A stretch of 64,000 bases of DNA from Mobula hypostoma (GCF_963921235.1 NC_086107.1:106394001-106458000); one strand, 5' to 3'; shown: positions 49,909 to 62,583, numbered from the stretch's first letter. Notes: generated from the sequence alone by a model not told the origin. Translations and numbers: made by a program.

Positions 49909-50480
49909 GTGCTCTTGATGCAGCCTCCCCTACGTTGGAGAGAACCATTGTAAATTGGGGAACTGCTTTGTCAAGCACCTCTGCACCATCCCCCGCAAGC
50001 AGGACTCCCCAGTGGCCAAACATTTTAAATCCTATTCCGATTCCCGTTGTGACATATCGGTCCATGGCCTCCTCTTGTGCCAAGATGAGGCCACCCTTAC
50101 GGTGGAGGAGCAACACCTTATATTCCATCTGGGACCCTTCTGATCTGATGGCATGAATATCGATTTCCCCTTCCAGTGAAGAAACGTCCCTCCCTTCCCT
50201 TCCTCTATCCCCCACTCTGACCTTGCACTTCTTATTAAGTTCCCCTGGGTCCCCTCCTCCTCCTCTTTCTCTTTCCTCTCCTATCACATTCTTTCCTGGC
50301 TTCATCTATCATCTTCCAGCTATCCTCTTTCCCCTCCCCTCCACCTTTTTATTCAGCCATCTTCCCCCTCCTTCCTTCTCAGTCCTGAAGAAGGGACTCG
50401 GCCCAAAACATTGACTGCTTATCCATGTCCATAGATGCTGCCTGACCTGCTGAGTTCATCCAGGGCTTTTTGTGTGTTGC
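49909..50480 (+). mobile_element. Penelope-like element 3' fragment (GIY-YIG endonuclease C-terminus + pLTR with minimal hammerhead motif)
   Basis: ..YVGENHCKLGNCFVKHL..PVAKHF..EEQHLIFHLG..DGMNIDF, then a pyrimidine-rich UTR and CTGAAGA-AGGGACTCGGCCC-AAAAC. Confidence 0.85.
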
Positions 50481-50896
50481 CAGGGAACAATGTTTGTGCC
50501 TAGCAATGTTTATGAAGAGTGGAGTGAACCACACAATCAATTGACATGGGCGCCAGGACATTTTGGCTTGTCAGTAGTTTAACAGGGACTGAACTGGTTG
50601 ATCAGGAAGTGATTGTTATGAACAAGTTGGGCAGGGAAAGATACTTGTTTCATGCTGGAGAGGAACATTAGCCACACACCCAAAGGCTGTCGTGTGAGGG
50701 TGCAGAAATATAATGAGATTTTTATGAACCATTCTGTGTTTTGATGAAGGGTCTCGGCCCAAAATAGAACATAGAAGTCTATAGTATATTACAGGCCTTT
50801 CGGCCCACAATGTTGTGCCAACCATGTAACCTACTCTAGAAGCTGTCTAGCATTTCTCTACCGCATAGCCCTCTATTTTTCTAAGTTCCATGTACC

Positions 50897-51507
50897 GAGG
50901 AAAGAGGACCAGGTCAAGACAACAGAGACTTATGGAGAAGAGGAGTTCGGTGGGTAATAAAATGGACGAGTTGATGGCGCTAGCCTGACGTCAGAGAACA
51001 TTTCGGGAGAGCAGTGTTATGTGTTTTGCTGGGGCTGCACGCGGACATACCCAATCAAAACTTTTCCATGGACAGCTTCCAGACCGTTCGGGCTGACCGG
51101 AAGTGCACTGAGAGCGGTAAGCGTAAAGGAGTTGCGGGCTTACTGTTCTGGTTAACAACAGATGGTGTAATCCTGGTCATATTACAATCGAGGAACGTGT
51201 TTGTAGACCGGATTTTGAACTTTTTGCTGTTGGACTCCAGCCATATTCCACCGAGATACAACACTGGGCGTCATGGGAGGTTGTTCCAGCCTGTGGCCAT
51301 CGAACTTTGCAGCTCCTCCCGTGGAGGGTCAGACACTCTGAGCCAATAGGCTGGTCCTGGACTTATTTCCATCTGGCATAGTTTGCACATTGTTGTTTGA
51401 TTGTCTGTGGTTGTTGTATTGCTATATCTATGCTCTATTCTTGGTTGGTGCGGCTGTAACGAAACCCAATTTCCCTCGGGATCAATAAAGTATATCTATC
51501 TATCTAT
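50897..51507 (+). mobile_element. Internally deleted Rex1-type LINE (APE N-terminus fused to 3' tail)
   Basis: SVGNKMDEL..FQTVRADR..SGKRKG..VNNRWC..ELFAVGLQPY joined at ~51244 to a 3' end homologous to 23180-23420; (TATC)n tail. Confidence 0.72.
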
Positions 51508-51999
51508 TGTCATGTGTGACACCAAGCAGAGCTACCGGACGGATGATGCTAATGAGAGAGATAACGGAAGACAATGGAGAAACATTCAAAATGCTAATGA
51601 GAGAGAAGGGAGAGGTTAACGAGAAAGAAACACAATTCAGATATTGACAGACCGGTTGCTTTGAACCTGAACTGTTTGAAGTCTGATGGACAGGTGATAC
51701 CCCAGCAGGGGGTAAAAGAGCAGGTTTGCTAAGGCACGAGACACGCCACGAGACCCTGGAAAGAGCAGTGTGCCCCCACAAGTTGATGGGAGCGTGGAGG
51801 TCCGGTTCACGGGAACCGATCAGAGGCTCACAGGGTGTAAAGGTACGATCGGTGGGAACCTGGGGTGTGTGTCCACCCTTGCCTGGGTGCTGGATTCACC
51901 GCGGAAGAACGATCGTATCCGGGATGGAGGGGGTCACAGTCGGTGACCACAGCGGGGATTGGAAGACATCAAAAGGTCTGCCTGAAACCAATTGCATCT

Positions 52000-52048
<49 letters not shown>

Positions 52049-52340
52049 AGAGTACAACAACAGCGACTACTTCAAACTGCACTAAACTGAACTGAACTCT
52101 GCTTCACTTAAGACTGATCATTTTACCTCTAGACTGCGATAGAGCTTGGTTGATTCCTGTTACCCTAGTTCTGTGTATATGTGTGTATTATCATTGCTAA
52201 GCTGTTACATTTATATCCTTACGATTAGTGTACTGTATTACTTACTTCTTTAATAAAACTTTATTAGTTCCTAGTAATCACAGACTCCAACGAGCGTTCC
52301 ATTTCTGCTGGCTTGGCAACCCAGTTACGGGTACGTAACA
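51508..52340 (+). mobile_element. LTR-retrotransposon solo LTR (Gypsy-like), apparently missing its 5' end
   Basis: Ends ..AATAAA..CCCAGTTACGGGTACGTAACA, a typical LTR 3' terminus; has a (CT)n tract and no ORF. The matching TGTTACG start is absent. Confidence 0.65.
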
Positions 52341-54577
52341 CTACCTATCCAAGAGTCTCTTAAAAGACCCTATTGTATCCCCTCTACCACCTTCGCTGGC
52401 AGTACATTCCATGCACCCACTAACTCTGTGTGAAAAATTTACCTCTGACATAGCTCTTGTACCTACTTTCAAGCACCTTAAAATAATGCCCCCTCGTGCT
52501 AGCCACCTCAGCCTGGGAAAAAGCCTCTGGCTATCCACACGATCAATGCCTCTCGTCATCTTATACACCTCTGTCAGGTCACCTCTCATCCTCTGTCGCT
52601 CCAAGGAGAAAAGGCCAAGTTCCCGCAACCTATTCTCATAAAGCATGCTCTCCAATCCAGGCAATATCCTTGTAAATCTCCTTTGCACTCTTTCTATAGC
52701 ATCCTCATCCTTCTTGTAGTGCGGTGACCAGGACTGAACACAAGTAGGGTCTAACCAAGGTCTTATATAACTGTAACATTACCTCTCGGTTCTTGAACTC
52801 AATCCCACGGTGATTAGTGCCAACTCACCAATGTCGGCTCTTTATTCCTCTCCATAGACGCTGCCAGACTGGCTGAGTTCCTCCAGCATTTTGTGTGCGT
52901 TGTTCTGGATTTCCAGTGTCCGCAGAATTGCTTGTGTTTATTACTTTACCCAGTGGTCTAAGGAAGAAAAGTAACAAACTAAGTGGACCCAGTCCAGATA
53001 AAACAGAGAGAGAAAAGACATTGAACTGATTAACGAACTGACGGACTTCTTGGTTAAATTGGAAAGGACAGAACACTTTTGGAATGTACGTGATGTGGGA
53101 GAAAGGCTGTGGTGTGACGGTAGGGCAGTGGAACAGCGGAGGAACATAATGAAATTTCTATGAACTAGAGTTAGTTGCTGTCTATTATGCCACTGCCGTT
53201 AAGGGCAGCAATGAAGATCTCACATCTCCGTCGGTCCTTGGCCAGTAAATGGTTGCGCACAGATATAGGAGAATTCTTCATGCAAGGCAATGGTGGGTCT
53301 AGGACAGGTCACAATTATATTTATATCATGTGTCTTGAATCCAAAAGCTACTGATTGAACAGCAGGTATCCTGCTCGTCAAACCCTGATTAATTCTGGTC
53401 ATTATCATAATGCAGTTTGTGTGATGTTACTACGTACAAATCAGCTGCCACCTTTCCTAAATACAAATGTTTCAAATATGTAACAATTGTAACAAATATT
53501 TCAACGGTGTGCTCCTGGAGGAAGGTCCCTGCATTCGAAAGGCCTCTCTCTCCCTCTCACTCAATGCTGCCAGAGGATGGTGCCGGAATTCTGGGTCTTG
53601 GGCAAGGTTAAATCAATGTGGTTTATGGGTTGGACTCTGTAATTCATGTTATGATGTGTTTCTGGTCACTCCTTTTTGTGTCGTGTTTTTGATTGGTGCA
53701 GCCTACAGATAATGTATGACACAGCTCTAAGTTGAACTGAACTAAATATGCCTGGACTCTTTCAATTTTGTGTTTTGTATTCTGTGTCTTTCGCTCATTT
53801 TTTGCCGATTGTGTGACATGTTTTTTTTTGTATGGTGGGTGTGGGGTTTGTTTATTTTCTTTGATGGTTTTCTCTGTATTGTGGCTGTCTGTGGCTACAT
53901 ACATACCTTGATAATAAATAAGACCATAAGATATAGGAACAGAAGCAGGCCATTCAGCCCAATGAGTCTGTTTCGCCATTCAATCATGGGCTGATCCACT
54001 TCATCCAGTCATCCCCACTCCCCTGCTTTCACCCCATACCCTTTGATGCCCTGGCTAATCAAGAACCTGTCTATCTCTGCCTTAAATGCACCCAATGACT
54101 TGGCCTCCACAGCCGCCCGTGGTAACAAACTCCACAGATTACCACCCTCTGACTAAAGTAATTTCTCCGCATCTCAGTTCTAAAAGGACGTCCTTCAATC
54201 CTGAAGTCATGCCCTCTTGTCCTAGAATCCCCTACCATGGGAAATAACGTTGCCATACCTAATCTGTTCAGGCCTTTTAACATTTGGAATGTTTCTATGA
54301 GATCCCCCCCATTCTCCTGAACTCCAGGGAATACAGCCCAAAAGCTGCCAGACGTTCCTCATACGGTAACCCTCTCATTCCTGGAATCACTCTCGTGAAT
54401 CTCCTCTGAACCCTCTCCAATGTCAGTATATCCTTTTTAAAATAAGGAGCCCAAAACTTGAATCTATGGTAATATAACAATTCGGGGCCCAAAACTTCGA
54501 CCCTGAACTCCTTCCCATCGATGCCACCTAACCTGCTGGGTTCCACCAGCACCGTGTGTGTGTGTGTGTGTGTGCGC

Positions 54578-54620
<43 letters not shown>

Positions 54621-56059
54621 AAACACAAGAGGTTCTGCTGGTGCTCGAAATCCAGAGCAACACACACACAATGCTGGAGGAACTCAGCAGGCCAGGTGGC
54701 ACCTGTGAAAATGAATAAACCCTCAACATCTGGCCAAGACCCTTTGTTCGACAGGTTCCAAGATGGTCCCTTTCAAATGAAACATCCCATTAGGTTCAAT
54801 CGTGGATGTAAAAGATCCCGCGACACAGTTCAAAGGAGATAAGGGGAGCTCAAATGTCTGCAGGCCAGTATCTGTTTCTCAGTCGTCACTGAAAGTAGAT
54901 TACTTACCATATTTGCACTGATTGATCGTTGTTTCTTGTGTCTTCCGTCCGTGGACTCACTTTACACTGCACGCTGTTGGAGCAGTGCTGCCAGGATAAC
55001 CAAGGACACGATCCACCCAGCCAACAGACTTTTCATCCCTCTTCCCTCTGGGAGAAGTTTCAGGAGCTTGAAGACTCGCATGGCCAGATTTGGGAACAGC
55101 TTCTGTGATAAGACTGCTGAACGGATCCTTATCCGGATCTGGGCCGTACCCTCCAAATATCTGGACCAGCCTCTCGTTTTTTTTGCACTACCTTACTTCC
55201 CATTTTTCTATTTTCTATCTATGATTTATAATTTAAATTTTTTAAATTTACTAATTTTAACTATTTTTAATATTTATAATATTTAATATTTGTAATCAAG
55301 GGAGTGTGAAATGCAGAATCAAATATCGCTGTGATGATTGTATGTTCTAGTACCAATTGTTTGGTGACAATAAAGTATAAAGTTTATTCCAATCGGCTGC
55401 CACATTTCTTACATAATAACAATGATTGCAATCCAAGTGTACTTCACCTACTTAATGAGTTCCAGGGTGGGAAGAGGCTATGGGAGAAAATATACTATTG
55501 TTGTGTGTCTTCTTTATCTTTCATCGGGTTATTCAAGTGTGCAGACCTCTGACAATGGCACTGACATTTTGAATACTAATTTGAGTAATCTAACACCATA
55601 CTTTATCCTTCTTGGTATGTTTTAAGATTTAAAATGATTTCTAACCTGAATTCAATGGAGATATAGCGTCAACTATAATTTGATTAAATACATCAGTTGT
55701 TTGTGATTGTTTCCAATATGAACTCAGAGGCCACTTTATTAGGTACCCCTGCTCGTTAATGCAACTATCTAATCAACCAATCATGTGGCAGCAACTCAAT
55801 GCACAAAGGCATGGTTAAGAGGTTCAGTTCAAACATCAGAATGGGGAAGCAATGTGATCTAAGTGACTTTGACCATGAAATGATTGTTGGTACTAGATGG
55901 GGTGGTTTGAGTATCTCAGACACTGCTGATCTCTTCACGTACGACAGTTTCTAGAGTTTACAGAGAATGGTCTGAAAACTAAAACAAAATATCCACTGGG
56001 CAGTAATTCTGTGGGTGAAAATGCCTTGTTAATGAGAGAGGTCAGAGGATAATGTAAAT

Positions 56060-57110
56060 AAATTTTATTATCAAAGTACATATGTCACCATATCCAACTT
56101 GGAGATTTACTTTCCTGTGGGCATACTCAGCAAATATATAGAACAGTAACTATAACAGGATCAGTGAAAGATCAACCAGAGTGCAGAAGACAACAGACTG
56201 TGCAAATGCAAATATAAATAAATAGCAATAAATAATGAGATGGAGTGCTTAAAGGTGAGATCATTGGTTGTGGGAACATTTCAATGATGGGGTAAGTGAG
56301 TGTAGTTATCCCTTTTGTTCAAGAGCCTGATGGTTGAGGGGTAGTAACTGTTCTTGAGCTTGGTGATCTGAATCCCGAGGCTCTTGTCCCTTCTCTCTGA
56401 TGGCAGCAGTGAGAAGAGAGCATGGCTGAGTTGGTGGGGATCCCTGATGACTGATGCTGCTTTCCTGTGAGTGTTTCATCTAGATGTGCTCAATGGTTGG
56501 GAGGCTTTTCCTGTGATGTACTGGGCCAAATCCATTACCTTTATTAAGAGTTTCTGTTGTTTCCATTAGTGTTTCCATACCCGGACATGATGCTGTCAGC
56601 CAATACACTCTCCACTACACATCTTTCTCGAAGTTTTAGATGTTATGCTAAATTTTCACAAACTCCTAAGGAAATTAAGAGCTTTCTTTGCAATTGTATT
56701 TGCACGCTGCTTCTAGAGCTGATCCTCCAATAAAGTAACACTGCAGAATTTAAAGTTATAAGTCCTCTCTATCTCCGAACCTCTGATGAGGAACGGCTCG
56801 TGGACCTCTGGTTTCACTTTCCTGAAGTCTACAATCGGTTCTTTGGCCTTGCTGACATTGTATGAGAAGTTATGATACCAGTCAGCCAAAGTTTCAAATC
56901 CATCGTATGCTGAATCATCACCACCTTTGATTCGGCCTACAATGGTAATGTCATCAGCAAACTTGTATACAGTGTGGGAGCCGTGCTTAGCCACACAGTC
57001 ATAGGTGTAAAGTGAGTAGAGCAGGGGACTAAGCACACAGCCTTGTGGTGAACCTGTGATGGTGATCGTGAAGGAGATGCTGTTGCCAATCTGAACTGAC
57101 TGAATTTGGA
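56060..57110 (-). mobile_element. Rex1/Babar-clade LINE 3' portion
   Basis: TGSPQGCVLSPLLYSLYTYDC..KFADDITIVG..NVSKAKEPIVDFRK; 3'UTR homologous to 7660-8190. Confidence 0.82.
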
Positions 57111-58112
57111 TAGTATAGACTTCTAAAATTTGTTTTGTCAATGCACCATAGAAAGCATCCTGAGCAGATGCATCACAGTTTGAAAGGGCCATAACCCAGA
57201 AACCAGCCTCCCCTCCATGGACTCTGTCTATGATTCTTGCTGCCTTGGCCAAGCAGCTGGCATAATCAAAGCTTGTACCATGAGGGCAGCTTCGAACCCC
57301 TAATTAAAAGGCTTTGAAAGGTTCCCTAGTACAATACTATGGAATTGTGATCTCTCAATCTACCTCGTTATTGCATACAATCTGGTTACCCTACTATGGG
57401 AAGGATGATGAGGCTTTGGAGAGGGTGCAGAAGAGGTTTAAATGACATAGGCTACCATGAGAAGCTGGACAAACTTGGGTTGTTTTCTTCGGAGCAGTGG
57501 AAGCTAAAGGGAGATCTGATAGAGGTTTATAAGATTGAGAAGCGTAGATAAAAGTAGACAGGGCGTATCTTCTTACCAGGGCAAAGATGTCTGATGCCAG
57601 AGGCTATGCATTGAAGGTGAGAGGGGGTTGGTTCAAAGGGGGATGTGATGGGTAAGTTTTTACTCAGAGTGGTGGATACCTGGAAATGCGCTGCCTGGTA
57701 TGGTGGAACAGGCAAATACATTAGAGGCTTTTAAGAGACATCCAATCAGAAGATGGAGGGATATGAACATGGTGTAGGTAGGAGGGATTAGTTTTTTGGA
57801 GATTTTAATTTACTTTTCAGTTGGTTTGGCACAACACTTTGGGTCGGAGGGCCTGTCCCTGTGCTGTATTGTTCTATGATCTAGGACTTTGCAATTTACT
57901 GACTACCTGCACTGCACTTTCTCTGTACCGTAATACCTCATTCTACACTCTGCAATCATTTTGCCTTGTGCTACCTCACTGCGCCGATGTAGATGAGTAT
58001 GTGTGTATGCAAGATGAGTTTTTTCCACTACTTCTGTACAAGTGACAGTAGTACACTAATAATAACATCATTCTCCCGATTCTGGTCCCTCTGATATCCC
58101 AGATAGTCCATT

Positions 58113-58398
58113 GTTGTTGTTCGTCCATCGTACTTCAATGAGGACCTCGACACCATTATTGATGGTGTCGAGACTAGCGCGTGACTTGGATTTAAGTGAG
58201 GGAGAGTTGCCTCACTCTCTCTTCCCAATTCCCATCTGGATCCAGTGGCAAGACAGAGTCGAGACGGCCGGAGATGGGACTAGGCGCAGTGGATGACCAG
58301 GACGTCTTCTATGTCTTGTCCTGCTCTACACGTTCCACGATGCTTGCAGAGACCTTCCATTGGTCTCGTCCGCTCAATCCGCCGGAGTCTGTCTTCAC
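58113..58398 (-). mobile_element. Short RTE-derived non-autonomous retroelement with 17-bp TSD
   Basis: Perfect direct repeat atcccagatagtccatt at 58096-58112 and 58399-58415, a (CAA)n tail on the minus strand, and an 11-bp perfect stem at 58146-58172. Confidence 0.8.
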
Positions 58399-58699
58399 AT
58401 CCCAGATAGTCCATTACAATTCTTAAGTCTGGCATTCCTTAAAACTTCTCTGCGTCGCTTTCCATTTTTAAGATTTTCCTAAAAGCCGACAAAGGATCTC
58501 AGTGTCACGTTATTTTAGATAATACAGGTTACACAAGCTGCACTATTTACTATCCGTTGCTATGAATATGAGGAGTGTTTCATCAGGAAGTAAAAATCCC
58601 CAGTGGAAAGCCACGCAGATAGTACCGCTCATTGTTCTGTTGTGTTATTACCTTCTATTGCGGCGAAGTTGCATCAGTAACGACAAAGTGATCGACAGC

Positions 58700-59286
58700 A
58701 ATCATGTCCCACGTGATTGGATAATAACTTGATTGGCGTGGCAACTCCGTCGCCTATAGAATGATCGACATGTCAATCTTGTACGCCTGGTCCAAAGAGA
58801 CACGCCCATCTCCCCGACCTTGAACAGCCATTGGTAACTGAACGCCCCGCCCTTTCACCTGTGCATCTATAAAGTTTCTACGCAATGATCACTGCATTAA
58901 AATCCTGCCCGCTGGGATGATGAGAAGTGAGTATGAGTTTGAGTTCTGGAGAACAGCCGGATTTAAGGTGCCGAGGCGGCGGGACGCTTCCAAAGGGCCG
59001 GAAGTAGCGACGCGCGAGGGTCGGTGTTTGCAAACAGTGTCTGGGGTGCCTTGAAACAGCCGCTCGCAGTGCCTTCGTGAGGGGAGCCTTGAAACGGCGA
59101 CAGGCGCGTCCTGACGGGGAGAGACTTGAAACGATTGTCTGAGGAGTCCGCCGGAAAGGGGAGGGGGTGCCTCGAAACAGCCGGCTGAAGGCGCCAGGCT
59201 TTTGTACCGGCTGACTTTTATTCACTTTAAGAAAACCTTAAAGAGCTTCTAATAGCCCCGCCTCCTCCTGAGCGGCCCCCGCATCA
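58700..59286 (+). promoter_or_regulatory. GTPBP1: CpG-island promoter and 5'UTR of GTPBP1
   Basis: E-box CACGTG 58710-58715, inverted CCAAT boxes at 58716, 58732 and 58830, GC box ~58845-58852, TATAAA 58868-58873, ETS site CCGGAAGT 58998-59005, high CpG content. Confidence 0.75.
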
Positions 59287-59418
59287 ATGGCGGCGCCGGC
59301 TGTGGCGGCCGAGGCCGGGCCCGGCGCCGGGGAGCTGCCAAGCATCTTCGCCCCTGAGCAGGATGGCGAGCTGGACCAGGATGTCAACGGCGAGCTGGAG
59401 CCCGACCTGGCATCCAAG
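59287..59418 (+). CDS. GTPBP1: GTP-binding protein 1, first coding exon (44 codons)
   Basis: MAAPAVAAEAGPGAGELPSIFAPEQDGELDQDVNGELEPDLASK followed by an AAG|GTAAAG phase-0 donor. Resembles the GTPBP1 N-terminus (..SMFAPE.. and ..NGEPELDLTSK exon end). Lies in a CpG island head-to-head with JOSD1, as in human. Exon 2 not found in the window. Confidence 0.88.
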
Positions 59419-60767
59419 GTAAAGGCGGGGGGAGTGTGTGTATATGGGGGGGGGGTTGTAGATTTTCTGACAGGGAGGCTGGGCAAACCAGTATCATCAC
59501 CGCCAAGTGTAAGTGCAACGTTGCAGGCCTCACTCACAGTGAGCAAAATCGGGATGCCGAGCTGCAATAGGAGGGGTCTCCTCAATAAAAGTCTGCCCGG
59601 TCTACTGATTCAAACCGCCATACATGTTCGGTCAGTGTCAGCATCAGCTGTAACACTCCCCTTCAAATACAAAAGCTAGTATACTTGTTGATCATTTATG
59701 TACCTGGACCACAGCCTATCTCCCCCTTTGTACTTGTGTCCTTGGATTTGTTAGTTGTTGTACTGAATGGTTTCAGAGACCAACCTGACTGCAAGATGCT
59801 GGAGGGAAATTGTCAGTCGGTATTTCCCTCCACAGATGCTGACTTCCTCCTGTATTCTTTGTTGCGTGATCCTGAAACACAGTTTGGAGTTCCGAGTGTA
59901 GCAGGTTGTACTTGAGAGGGAATTTGAGCACGGGAGTATCGATTTACTACAATCTAATTTGGGTGGTGTCATTCTCTGTAATTAAACGAACTAGGGTTTA
60001 TTCTCCAGAATTCCTGCTAATGGGCGAATTTTTCAAGTTGTTAAGGGGTACTGAGGTTAGACAGGGATAAATTATTTCATCTGATAGTTTTGGATAAATC
60101 TTGAAAAGGCCCTTGTTTTTTCAGTGGTAAAATTAAGAAATACTTCTACAAGCAAAATTTGACATACAGCACAGAGTAAGTCGTTCTTATCCTTTGACCC
60201 ACACCGTCCAGCAATCCCCAATTTAATTGTAGCCTAATCACAATGTATAATGACCAATTCACCTACCAACCGGTACGTTTTTGGACTGTGAGAGGAAACC
60301 CATGTGGTCACGGGGAGAACGTACAAACTCTTACGGTGGGAGTTGAACCCGGGTTGCTGGTGCTGTAAAGCTTTGTGCTAACCACAACTCCATAGTGCCG
60401 CTCGAGTGCACTGATTGATGTGGGTCAATTAATTTTAGTTTAAAGTAAATTTATTGTCGAGGTACCTGTATGTCACCATATACAATCTTGAGCTTCATTT
60501 TCTTGTCGGCATTTACAGTGGAACAAAGAAACGTGATAGATCAATGGAAAAATAAGATGCAGACCGGCAAACAACCAACGTGCAAAAGTTCTGAGTTTTT
60601 GATTAAATAACAGTACTGAGTAACAGCGGGGTGTCTGGGGTTGCATTACATATCAGTGGTAAATCATTCCATATTTTCTTGGAGTGTTGGAAAGGCTACC
60701 GCCTCTACCAGTTGTCTAGTTTAACCTGTACCTCGTTCTTTCCACTTCCTGTTAACTCCAGCCAGGA

Positions 60768-61455
60768 ACGGCACAGTAGCGTAAGTGGTTAGCACACCGC
60801 TTTACACTATCAGCAACCCAGGTTCAATTCCCGTTGCTGCCTGTAAGGAGTTTGTACGTTCTCATCCTGATCGCATAGGTTTCCTCCCACAGTCCAAAGA
60901 CATGCTAGTTGGTAGGTTATACTTATACTTTATACTTTATTGTCGCCAAACAATTGATACTAGAACGTACAATCATCACAGCGATATTTGATTCTGTGCT
61001 TCCCGGTCCCTGGATTATAAATATTAAATATTAAAATAGTAAAAATTAGTAAATATTAAAAATTTAAATTATAAATCATAAATAGAAAATAGAAAAATGG
61101 GAAGTAAGGTAGTGCAAAAAAACCGTGAGGCAGGTCCGGATATTTGGAGGGTATGGCCCAGATCCGGGTCAGGGTCCGTTCAGTAGTCTTATCACAGTTG
61201 GAAAGAAGCTGCTCCCAAATCTGGCCGTACGAGTCTTCAAGCTCCTGAGCCTTCTCCCGGAGGGAAGAGGGACGAAACGTGTGTTGGTCGGGTGGGTCGT
61301 GTCCTTCATTATCCTGGCAGCACTGCTCCGACAGCGTGCAGTGTAAAGTGCGGGGAATTGGTCATTGTAAATTGTCCTGTGATTAGACTAGGGTTCAATT
61401 GAGGGTTGCTGGGTGAATTGGCTCAAAGGGCCTGTTCTGCACTGTCTCAATAAAT
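60768..61455 (+). mobile_element. tRNA-derived V-SINE (HE1-like), split by Rex1 insertion; other copies ~1-380(-), 9985-10265, 15420-15850, 33715-34030(-), 39800-40050, 41285-41530, 60160-60400(-)
   Basis: A-box TAGCGTAAGTGG, B-box GGTTCAATTCC and V-domain core GTTTGTACGTTCTC..GGTTTCCTCCCACAGTCCAAAGAC. Confidence 0.8.
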
Positions 61456-62583
61456 GTACCATTCATTTTCATAATTTACTGTAGTTAGAACAATTTCCTC
61501 ATCCCTATCACTGAACTGATCCTACAATACACAGTGAACACAACAATGAACTCATTTTCAAGGACTCTTCATCTCATGTTCTCAATATTTATTGCTATTT
61601 TACTTTATTTTTGTATTTGCACAGTTTTGTATTTTGCACACTGGTGTTTGCCTTGGTGCAGTCTTTCATTGATTCTAATATGTTTCAATAATAGAAAGCT
61701 AATAGTATGCCTGCAAGAAAATAAACCTCAGGGTTGTATATGGTGACATGTATGTACTTTGATAATAAACTAACTTTGAACTTCAGAGTGGCTAATTAAC
61801 CTTACAACCTGCGCATCTTGGGCTGTGAGAGGAAACTGATGTACCTGGGGGAAACCTGCTACTGCCAGAATGTGCCACTCAATGCATAGAGCAGCAGAGA
61901 TGGAGATCGAACCTGGATGACTGAAGCTGTGAGACAGCAACTACCAACTATGCCACTGGGCTGTCCTTGAGTCTAGGGCTGAATGAGCTCCTGTTGCAAT
62001 GTTCCACATTGACTTCATTTGCAACTCACTCCAAGGGGTTATGCTGCTGCTGTGTGTTGGTTTAAATGGACACAAACTGAATCCGGTGTGATATCATCAC
62101 CTGATACTGGGTCAGTGAGGGAAAGGTTTCACTCTTGCTCCATTTGACACACATAATTGACACAGTGCTTCCATTACATACCACAAGTCCTATTCGATGC
62201 GTTTTTAAATGAAGCAGAGCATCCCAGTTTGCAGCCAATTTCCAAACTTAAGAGTTAGTGTAATTAAGACTACAACTTCTCAGTACTTCCAGGTAAACCC
62301 AAACACTGTTTCCTCTAAGCTGCACCGGTACATAGCCATGCAATAACAGAAATTCTCCTTTGTTGCCGAGCAGCTGGAGTAATGACAGGCGAGGGAAAAG
62401 GTTACAAAACGTGAAAGATTTTTTGTACTATATATAATTATGCCTTTCAATTAATAAATAAAATCAAGTGTACGTGATCTCTCAATTTTCATTCTAAGTA
62501 TTCATAGTATGCATATTACAAAAATAAGTTTAAAGGCTGTGTAAAAATTTCTTGCACCAAACAATGGTTTGTCTGCACAGGTT

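Larger units (their letters stand above)
50765..52810 (-). mobile_element. CR1 3' fragment split by Rex1 (50897-51507) and LTR (51508-52340) insertions
   Basis: QRRFTRILPGLESMLYENRLRELGLFSLERQRMRGDL..; sequence resumes at tacc either side of the inserts. Further CR1 3' fragments at ~3440-3945, 35130-35600, 36420-36750, 37950-38260, 53920-54460, 57370-57880. Confidence 0.8.

Noticed and set aside
58915..59115. Possible C/D-box snoRNA (ATGATGA at ~58917)
   Set aside because: No suitably spaced D box with a terminal stem, and it lies in a promoter rather than an intron.
59419..59679. ORF-track extension of the GTPBP1 frame to 130 aa
   Set aside because: Reads through a strong AAG|GTAAAG donor at the position where GTPBP1 homology ends; intronic.
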